This document shows positions 10,003 through 16,741 of a DNA stretch of 32,000 bases, piece after piece. The notes under the pieces are model-generated. The model had not been told where the DNA came from. It worked only from the letters and a program-made list of their open reading frames with translations, and made no database searches. The translations under genes were made by a program, and so were the position numbers. Source of the DNA: Methylorubrum extorquens. GTDB lineage: Bacteria; Pseudomonadota; Alphaproteobacteria; Rhizobiales; Beijerinckiaceae. The stretch covers positions 3,690,001 to 3,722,000 of the forward strand of contig LT962688.1 in the NCBI GenBank assembly GCA_900234795.1. The letters are read 5' to 3'. The first letter of the stretch is position 1. Each line of letters begins with the position of its first letter.

Positions 10003-10310
10003 CGATCGCGGCTTTATCCTGCCTGAAGGTGGAGCACTCGGCAGAATGCTACGCTTTGGGGAATTCCGGAGCGGATCTATATCAGCGTGTGCGCGAGCAC
10101 CTCATGAAACGCCCGATCCGTGGTGCATCGGCGCAAGACGGCGTGGGCGTTTCGCGAGGGGGTCACGGTGTTTGCATCGTCTTTTCCGACAAGCCGGCGC
10201 CCATCCACGGCGATGCTCTCGGAGTGCTCCACAGGATTTCCGGTCGTTGACCGCTCTTCCGCAGGCATGACGGTGCGGCGGGGGTTTCGTGGGAAGCACC
10301 CGGGCGGGGC

Positions 10311-10785
10311 ATGACGGACGACACGATCCCCGGGACCGGGCCCAAGAAGCGGCGGGTTCAGTCCGTCCTGTTCATGTGCAACTTCAACGCGGTGCGCTCG
10401 CTGGCGGCGGAGGCGATCGCGCGCCATTATTTCGGCAAATCCACCTACGTGCAGTCCGCCGGCGTGCGCTCGGGCGAGCCGAGCGATCCGTTCATGGTCG
10501 CGGCCCTGGACGAGATCGGCATCGATGCCTCCCGCCACAAGCCGCGCACCATCGAGCAGCTGGAGGATTGGGAGGGGGCTGAACTTCGACCTGATCATCA
10601 CCCTCTCGCCGGAGGCGCACCACCGGGCGCTGGAACTGACCCACACGCTTGCGGCGGATGTCGAGTACTGGCCGACGCCGGACCCGACGCTGGTGCAGGA
10701 GGGCACGCGCGAGCAGCGCCTCGACGGCTACCGTGACGTGCGCGACGGACTGACCTACCGGATCAAGTCCCGGCTGAAGGTGTGA
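10311..10785 (+). pseudogene. Low-molecular-weight phosphatase (LMW-PTP/ArsC-like) interrupted by a +1 frameshift
   Basis: ORF 10311 carries the C-X5-R-S loop (LFMCNFNAVRS) and reads up to LEDWEG. The continuation LNFDLIITLSPEAHHRA...YRIKSRLKV is in ORF 10525..10785. The switch is at the G run 10574-10578. Removing one G gives EDWEGLNFDLII. The length is 475 = 474 + 1. Confidence 0.85.
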
Positions 10786-10807
10786 GGGCCAGGGCCTCTC
10801 GCCCTGA

Positions 10808-10868
10808 AACGAAAACGCCGCCGATGACGGCGGCGTGAAAGCAAAAGGGCTCCCCGAGCGGGGAGCCC
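10808..10868 (-). terminator. Two tandem rho-independent terminators downstream of the FTR1 gene
   Basis: On the minus strand, GGGCTCCCC-gctc-GGGGAGCCC is followed by TTTTGCTTT. Then CGCCGCCG-tcat-CGGCGGCG is followed by TTTTCGTTT. Confidence 0.7.
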
Positions 10869-10874
10869 ATCGCC

Positions 10875-10902
10875 AAAATCAGGACGCGAAAATCAGGACG
10901 CG
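10875..10902. repeat. Perfect 14-bp tandem duplication spanning the FTR1 stop codon
   Basis: AAAATCAGGACGCG occurs twice in tandem (10875-10888 and 10889-10902). The second copy contains the stop (tca at 10893-10895). Confidence 0.9.
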
Positions 10903-11723
10903 GCCGAGACCGCCCGCCCCTCGCGCGCCTCGGTGGCACCGCCTGCCTTGCGCCGAAGGCTGACGAGGGCTGCCGCCGCGGCCACGGCCAGGATCGCGAG
11001 CTGGGTGCCGAGCGCCTCCCAACTGCCGTTGCTCAGGCCCCATTCCGAGACGAAGGCGGGCACGCCGTCCGTGGTGAAGGGGATCAGCGCCTGCTCCTGC
11101 AGCTCCTGGAACGCTTGGCCGACCATCCGCAGGCCCATGAAGAACAGGAAGGCCGAGGTCACCACGAACATCGGGCGCAGCGGCAGGCGCAGCGCCAGCC
11201 ACTGCATCGCCACGAACATCGCCACCAGCGCCAGGGTCGCGGCCGCGAGCCCGCCCAGCAACGCGGCATCGAAGCCGTTGGCGGTCTTGGCCAGGGTGTG
11301 GACGAACAGGATCGTCTCGGCGCCCTCGCGGAACACCGCCAGGAAGGCGATGCCGGCGAGCGACAGCATGGTGCCCGCGCCGAGTGCCCGCTCGGCAAGG
11401 CGGTTGAGGTCCGCCTGCCACGCCTTCGGGTCCTGGCGGAGGAACATCCAGCCGCTCATGTAGAACAGCAGCACCGCGGCCGCGAGCATCACGCCGGCTT
11501 CGAACAGGTCGCTGTGATTGCCGTCGTAGAAGGTCGCGAACACCCACGCCATGACGACGCTGGCGACGACGGCGGCGAGCGCCCCGATATAGACCGGCGC
11601 GATCCGCTCCGCCGCATCCGCACGGCGAAGGAAGGCAGCGAGCGCTGCGATCACCAGCAGAGCTTCCAGTCCCTCACGGAATAGGATGATGAAAGCCTGC
11701 AGGAACGTCGATCCGTCCATCAT
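10893..11723 (-). CDS. FTR1/EfeU-family high-affinity iron permease
   Basis: I trimmed the start to ATG 11723, which has GGGAG upstream. The two REXXE motifs REGLE (FREGLEALLV) and REGAE (FREGAETILFV) are present, and the protein is polytopic and hydrophobic, 276 aa. Confidence 0.9.
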   Translation of the reverse strand: MMDGSTFLQAFIILFREGLEALLVIAALAAFLRRADAAERIAPVYIGALAAVVASVVMAWVFATFYDGNHSDLFEAGVMLAAAVLLFYMSGWMFLRQDPKAWQADLNRLAERALGAGTMLSLAGIAFLAVFREGAETILFVHTLAKTANGFDAALLGGLAAATLALVAMFVAMQWLALRLPLRPMFVVTSAFLFFMGLRMVGQAFQELQEQALIPFTTDGVPAFVSEWGLSNGSWEALGTQLAILAVAAAAALVSLRRKAGGATEAREGRAVSAAS

Positions 11724-11831
11724 CCGATTGCTCCCGTTTCGATCGGCGGAACCCGCGTCCCGGCGAATTGTCTGCCTCAACGGCGATGCCGCTCCTTGCG
11801 GCACCGCGAATACTTGTCACGATACAATGTT

Positions 11832-11846
11832 GTTTTGATGCAAAAC
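11832..11846. promoter_or_regulatory. Perfect palindrome GTTTTG-atg-CAAAAC in the FTR1 divergent promoter region
   Basis: Read directly from the sequence. It is a 6-bp inverted repeat with a 3-nt spacer in an AT-richer spacer. Confidence 0.3.
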
Positions 11847-11850
11847 GCAG

Positions 11851-11867
11851 TTTGGAAACGTTCCTAA
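11851..11867. promoter_or_regulatory. ICE-like (Irr-box-like) inverted repeat
   Basis: TTTGGAAacgTTCCTAA compared with the iron control element consensus TTTAGAA-N3-TTCTAAA matches 11 of 14 half-site positions. It lies about 130 bp upstream of the FTR1 start. Confidence 0.3.
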
Positions 11868-12176
11868 CAAGAAGAGCGGTCCAGTTTCGGACGACGAAGC
11901 CCGATGTTTCGCTTCGCGTGCCAGTACAACCCTTTGCACCATTCTCGCAAGCATCGCAGCGGGCACACGGGATCGCGCTCCGTCGCCGCAGGCAACACCG
12001 CCGACAACGCAGAGAGACGCAGACAAATTTTTGCCGTTTTCCGGAAGGTCGCGCGAAACCCAATGGCCACGTTGGGGATTGTTGATTCAATATGCGGCGG
12101 CGCCTGCACGGCGGGACACCGGCCGCCCCGACCGAACCGTTAAAGCGCGCCCCCAGCGGCGCGCGGGCAGGATATC

Positions 12177-12425
12177 ATGAACGCGCACTCCACCGCCGCG
12201 GCCGTCCTCGGCCTCGCCCTGATCGGCCTGACCGCGACGCCGAGCCTCGCCGCGCCGGGCACGGGCCGCAGCACCACCCAGGTCGTCGAGGCCGCGCAGG
12301 TCTCCCAGGCGGCCGCGACGACCTCGGACAGCGACGAGGAGAGCGCCAACTGCAACAAGCAGCGCCGTCGCCTGTGGATCGAGGGCGAGGGCTGGATCGT
12401 CCGCCGCGTCACGATCTGCCGCTAA
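12177..12425 (+). CDS. Small secreted protein with a Cys-bracketed C-terminal loop, 82 aa
   Basis: AGGA lies 5 nt upstream. The signal peptide is MNAHSTAAAVLGLALIGLTATPSLAAP. The C-terminus is CNKQRRRLWIEGEGWIVRRVTIC. Confidence 0.6.
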   Translation: MNAHSTAAAVLGLALIGLTATPSLAAPGTGRSTTQVVEAAQVSQAAATTSDSDEESANCNKQRRRLWIEGEGWIVRRVTICR

Positions 12426-12587
12426 ACACGGAACGACGGGCCCGGACGCCATCGGCCGGCAGCGCCCGTCTCAGCATTCTGCATCGGCTGGCGGGACAAG
12501 GGGGAGCGGAACGAGCATAGGCGCCGCCGATTTGGTTTCATGAATCGCGCATGTCTTGCCGATGCGCCACCGGAGAAGCCCCGCCCC

Positions 12588-13034
12588 ATGCGCCCTGCCC
12601 TCGCCGCCGGTCTCGCTACCCTGCTCACATTTGGCGCCACCTCGGGCGCAGCGGCCGAACCTTATTACGGCCATGGATACGGCTACGGCGGGGGCGGATA
12701 CCGCTTCGCCGGTACGGTAATTGAGGGCGCCTATCTCGGCGCACCGTTCACGCGTCTGCCCAGCACGAGCCGCCTCGTGCCGCCGGCCTGGGGCTACGGC
12801 ACCTACGGCATCCCCACGGCGGCCGGCATCCGCGACACACCCGCCGCACGCCCGACCCTGACCGTGATCGAGCGGCCCGCGTCCGCCGCTCTCCGCCCCG
12901 CAGCCCGCAAACACGGCGCCCGCGTCCTCTCGAAGGATTCCAGGGGCATCTGGACCGATCCGGCACCCCGTTCCGAAGGTGGGGAATTCGGCGCCCAAGT
13001 GGTGTCGGTCCGGGTCCCGGCCCGTTCCCGGTAG
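12588..13034 (+). CDS. Secreted Gly/Tyr-rich hypothetical protein, 148 aa
   Basis: I trimmed the start to ATG 12588, giving the signal peptide MRPALAAGLATLLTFGATSGAAA. This is followed by EPYYGHGYGYGGGGYRF. Confidence 0.55.
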   Translation: MRPALAAGLATLLTFGATSGAAAEPYYGHGYGYGGGGYRFAGTVIEGAYLGAPFTRLPSTSRLVPPAWGYGTYGIPTAAGIRDTPAARPTLTVIERPASAALRPAARKHGARVLSKDSRGIWTDPAPRSEGGEFGAQVVSVRVPARSR

Positions 13035-13140
13035 GACCGTCGCCCGAGAGGCGCCGCCCTCCCTCGATGCGGCATGAACTCTAGACGGGCCCTTAACCTG
13101 TCTTGCGCACAATCTACGCCAATCACCGGGGGGTAGAGCC

Positions 13141-14037
13141 GTGCACATCGTCATCGTGGATTCGAGCCGTGTCGTCCTGCGAATCGTGGCCGGCATGCTC
13201 GAACCGCGGGGGCATGTGGTGACGCAGTTCACCGATTCCGGTGAGGCGCTGGCCTACATCACCGACAATCCGAAGGTCCGGGCCCTGATCACCAGCCTGG
13301 AAGTCCGTCCGTTGAGCGGATTGGAGCTGTGCTGGTCGGCCCGCCTGCTGTCCGAGTCGAGCCGTCCGCTCTCGATCATCGCCATGTCCTCGGCCCGCAA
13401 CGCCCGCAACCTCGCCGAGGCTCTCGACAGCGGCGCCGACGACTTCATCGACAAGCCGCCGGGCGCCGAGGAATTGCAGGCGCGCATGAGGGCGGCCGAG
13501 CGCCTCACCACGCTCCAGAGCGACCTGATCCGGCTCGCCGAGACCGATTCGCTCACAGGCCTGCTCAACCGCCGCGCCTTCCTGCAGCGCACGCGGGAGG
13601 CCGCCCAGAAGGCCGGGTCGTTCGGGCATCTGTGCGCCGTGATCCTCGACATCGACCATTTCAAGCGCATCAACGACGAGCACGGCCACGATGTCGGCGA
13701 CGCCGCCATCAAGGCCGTGGCGGGGATGATCGAGGCGGAGGGCATTGCCGGGCGCCTGGGCGGGGAGGAATTCGCGGTGATGCTCGCCGGTCAGCGCCTC
13801 ACGGAGGCCGAGGCGGTCGCCTCCCGCCTGCGCCTCAAGACCTCCGATCTGCGCATCCGCTCGACCAAGGGGCCGGTGCGGCTCACGTGCAGCTTCGGCG
13901 TCAGCGAATGGTCCGAGGGCGAGACCGTCGAGGGCCTTCTGAAGCGGGCCGACATCGCCCTGTACGAAGCCAAGACGACGGGCCGCAATCGCGTGGTCTC
14001 GGCGATGTCCGACCTCATCCTGTCCCGGACCGCGTGA
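13141..14037 (+). CDS. Receiver-like domain plus GGDEF diguanylate cyclase
   Basis: GTG start. The N-terminus is REC-like (HIVIVDSS..., DDFIDKP). The C-terminus has DSLTGLLNRRAF, FKRINDEHGHDVGD and the GGEEF active site. Confidence 0.9.
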   Translation: MHIVIVDSSRVVLRIVAGMLEPRGHVVTQFTDSGEALAYITDNPKVRALITSLEVRPLSGLELCWSARLLSESSRPLSIIAMSSARNARNLAEALDSGADDFIDKPPGAEELQARMRAAERLTTLQSDLIRLAETDSLTGLLNRRAFLQRTREAAQKAGSFGHLCAVILDIDHFKRINDEHGHDVGDAAIKAVAGMIEAEGIAGRLGGEEFAVMLAGQRLTEAEAVASRLRLKTSDLRIRSTKGPVRLTCSFGVSEWSEGETVEGLLKRADIALYEAKTTGRNRVVSAMSDLILSRTA

Positions 14038-14218
14038 AACACGCCCAGCCGGGGCATTGCTCGGCCCCATCCCGTCCCGAAGCGGGACGGTGACCGCTGG
14101 GCGGCACCGCGAGGGAACGTTTCGGGGCAATAAAGGCCCCTAAACCGCTGGAACGACTCTTGTTCTTCCCCATCCGCACAAGCCGCACCGTTCTGCGGCG
14201 GGACGAGAGGGGAGCGGC

Positions 14219-14932
14219 ATGAGCCAGGCCGTCAATCACACCGCCAGCCACACGGCGAGCCGGGCTGTCGAGCTTTTGATCGTCGACGAGCCGTCGGGGC
14301 TCGATGCACGGATGCGCGCCGAATTGGAGCACGCACCGGCCCTGCGGACCATCGGCGAGGATGATCTGGCCCGGGGCGGCCCGGTGCCGGCGGTCGCGCT
14401 GGTGCCGGTGGACGGAGCGGGAGCGGGAGCGGAAGCCGGCTGCGCGCGGATCGCGGCCTTGCGCGAAGGACGGCCCTGGCTGCGGGTGCTCGCGGTGTTC
14501 CGGACCCTCGACGCGTCGGCGATGCATCGGCTGATCGCCGCTGGCGCCGACGCCTTCGTCGGCTGCGGCACCCCGGCGGACGAGGTCTGCGCCAGCGTGC
14601 TCGCCCTCGCGAAGGGAGCCCCACCCGCGCTGTCGCCTGCAGCGTCCTCCGCCTGCCCCTGCACCGAGGATCCAGCCATCGGGCTCACCCCGCGCGAGGC
14701 GGAGGTTCTGCGCTTCCTCAGTGCCGGCTTCAGCAACAAGGAGGTCGCCCGGCGGCTCTCGCTGAGCGTCCGGACGGTCGAGACCCACCGGCTGAACCTG
14801 CGCCGCAAGACGCAGACCGGCCGCCTCAAGGATCTCGTCACCCTCGCCCGCCAGCTCGGTCTCGCCCCGGTGCTCGACACCGAGGCGCCGCGCAGCCCCG
14901 CCCGCCACACCGCCCACGCCGCCCGGGCCTGA
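14219..14932 (+). CDS. LuxR/FixJ-type transcriptional regulator with a degenerate receiver domain
   Basis: The C-terminal HTH is LTPREAEVLRFLSAGFSNKEVARRLSLSVRTVETHRLNLRRK. The N-terminus LLIVDE...LVPVDG...VLAVFRT...GADAFVGCG is REC-like. Confidence 0.85.
   Translation: MSQAVNHTASHTASRAVELLIVDEPSGLDARMRAELEHAPALRTIGEDDLARGGPVPAVALVPVDGAGAGAEAGCARIAALREGRPWLRVLAVFRTLDASAMHRLIAAGADAFVGCGTPADEVCASVLALAKGAPPALSPAASSACPCTEDPAIGLTPREAEVLRFLSAGFSNKEVARRLSLSVRTVETHRLNLRRKTQTGRLKDLVTLARQLGLAPVLDTEAPRSPARHTAHAARA
14414..14431 (+). repeat. (GGAGCG)x3 hexanucleotide repeat inside the LuxR-type gene
   Basis: Read directly from the sequence. It encodes (Gly-Ala)3 immediately after the putative phospho-acceptor Asp. 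Confidence 0.9.
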
Positions 14933-14974
14933 GGGCCCGTTCGACCCGATCGCATCGGGCGGACGTTTCCGGGC

Positions 14975-15013
14975 CATGGTTCCGACGTGCCGGCAACCGC
15001 TTTCGGAACGATG
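14975..15013. repeat. Copy of the CATCGT.CCGA...TCGG.ACGATG palindromic repeat, directly downstream of the cydA stop
   Basis: CATGGTTCCGAcgtgccggcaaccgctTTCGGAACGATG. The arms are complementary at 10 of 11 positions. The right half ..ACCGCTTTCGGAACGATGC closely matches the copies at 25950-25972 and 31349-31369. Confidence 0.6.
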
Positions 15014-15015
15014 CG

Positions 15016-16431
15016 CTAGATGGAGCGCGGCTCCAGCTTCTCGTCCAGCGCCGAGAGGGGACGCTTGGGCTTGCGGCCGACATCCTCGCCCTGCACCGAC
15101 GGCTCGAACGGCTCGGGGCCTTTGCGCAGCAGCTTGGCGAGATAGTAGCTGCCGAAGCCGAAGATGATCGCGTAGGCGACGATGAAGGCGATCAGCGAAG
15201 TCGTCACCGCTTGGGCCGTCAGCGGCGAATGGGCGTCCGCCGTCTTGAGCTGGCCGTAGACGATGTAGGGCTGACGCCCGATCTCGGCGGTGAACCAGCC
15301 GAAGATCACCGCGCCGAAGCCTGAGGGCGTCATCAGCATGGCGCAGGTGAGGAAGACGCGGTTCGTGAACAGCGTGCCCTTCCAACGCAAATACAGGCTC
15401 CACAGGCTCAAGAGCAGCATCGCCATGCCGATCGCGACCATGGCGCGGAAGGCATAGAACACCGGCCAGACCGGCGGGCGCTTGTCCGGCGTCACGTCCT
15501 TGAGGCCCGGCACCACGCCGGAGAAGTCGTGGGTGAGGATGAACGAGCCAAGCCTCGGGATGCCGATCTCGAAGTCGTTGCGCTCGGCCTCCATGTTCGG
15601 GATCGCGAACAGCAGCAGCGGCATGTTGGCCTGGGTGTCCCAGTTCGCCTCGATCGCCGCGAGCTTGGTCGGCTGGTGCTTGAGCACGCCGAGACCGTGG
15701 GTGTCGCCGACGAAGATCTGGATCGGCGTGAAGATCAGCGCGAACCAGAGCGCCATGGAGAGTGAGACCCGGGCCCCCTGGACCTTCGCCGGCGGCTCCT
15801 TGCGGGCGCGCAAGATCATCCAGGCGGCCATGCCCGACACCGCGAAGGCGGTGGTGAGGAAGCAGCCGAGCACCATGTGCACGTAGCGGATCGGGAAGCT
15901 CGGGTTGAAGATCACCTCGAACCAGTCGGTGGCCACCGCCCGGCCGTTCTCGATCGTGAATCCCGCCGGCGTCTGCATCCAGGAATTGGCCGAGAGGATC
16001 CAGAAGGCGGAGATCAGCGTGCCGAGCGAGACCATGCAGGTCGCCAGGAAGTGCAGCCGGTCGCCGACCCGGTCCCAGCCGAACAGCATAATCCCGAGGA
16101 AGCCCGCCTCCAGGAAGAAGGCGGTGATGACCTCGTACTGGATCAGCGGGCCCAGCACGTTGCCGGTGAAGTCGGAATAGCGCGACCAGTTCGTGCCGAG
16201 CTGGTAGCTCATCACGATGCCTGAGACGACGCCGAGGCCGAACGAGACCGCGAAGGCCTTCACCCAGAAGCGGTAGAGCACCCGGTACATCGGGTTCCTC
16301 GTCCACAGCCACTGCCCCTCGAGCCGGACGAGGAAGGCGGCGAGACCGATGGTGAAGGCCGGGAAGATGATGTGGAAGGCCATCGTGAAGCCGAACTGGA
16401 TGCGCGAGAGCATCAGGGCGTCGAGTTCCAT
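15016..16431 (-). CDS. cydA: Cytochrome bd-type (CIO-like, short Q-loop) ubiquinol oxidase subunit I
   Basis: 471 aa with MLSRIQFGFTMAFHIIFPAF, YEVITAFFLEAGFLGIMLFGW, IRYVHMVLG and GWFTAEIGRQPYIVYG. Confidence 0.95.
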   Translation of the reverse strand: MELDALMLSRIQFGFTMAFHIIFPAFTIGLAAFLVRLEGQWLWTRNPMYRVLYRFWVKAFAVSFGLGVVSGIVMSYQLGTNWSRYSDFTGNVLGPLIQYEVITAFFLEAGFLGIMLFGWDRVGDRLHFLATCMVSLGTLISAFWILSANSWMQTPAGFTIENGRAVATDWFEVIFNPSFPIRYVHMVLGCFLTTAFAVSGMAAWMILRARKEPPAKVQGARVSLSMALWFALIFTPIQIFVGDTHGLGVLKHQPTKLAAIEANWDTQANMPLLLFAIPNMEAERNDFEIGIPRLGSFILTHDFSGVVPGLKDVTPDKRPPVWPVFYAFRAMVAIGMAMLLLSLWSLYLRWKGTLFTNRVFLTCAMLMTPSGFGAVIFGWFTAEIGRQPYIVYGQLKTADAHSPLTAQAVTTSLIAFIVAYAIIFGFGSYYLAKLLRKGPEPFEPSVQGEDVGRKPKRPLSALDEKLEPRSI

Positions 16432-16741
16432 CGCTTCACCTTCCTGACCGTGGCGTCACCGCGGTTCGCGCGGTCGCGGCTGTCGTGCCGTACGGCCAGC
16501 CGCGCCAATTCATCCATCAACCGGTCTTCGACGATGCCGGTTCTCCGCGCCCATCCCTTGTGCGGATTGACCGCGCCGGGATCGGCGATTGCCGACCCCG
16601 AACCATAAACAGGTCAGCCGGCGCGGCAACGCGTTGATTTCTCTCCGATGCCACGGCTTGAACGTCGCAAAGCGTCCCGATTTAGACCTATGTTAATCCC
16701 GTTGCCGATAACACGGTCTGCACGCAAACCGGGTTATCGCC

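Noticed and set aside
14933-15015. Search for a cydB start or remnant downstream of cydA
   Set aside because: The space is only 83 bp. Minus-strand frames continuing into 14219-14932 translate to Gly/Arg/Ala-rich, non-hydrophobic sequence antisense to the LuxR-type gene. No CydB-like sequence is present.
14015-16312. 765-aa minus-strand ORF
   Set aside because: It is out of frame with cydA over most of its length and antisense to the LuxR-type gene. It is extremely rich in Arg/Pro/Gly/His. The cydA frame (15016-16431) carries all the family motifs.
16432-16741. FNR/FixK box upstream of cydA
   Set aside because: The candidates are TTGATttctCTCCG and TTGAacgtcgCAAA, and each matches only one half-site. 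This is not good enough to call.
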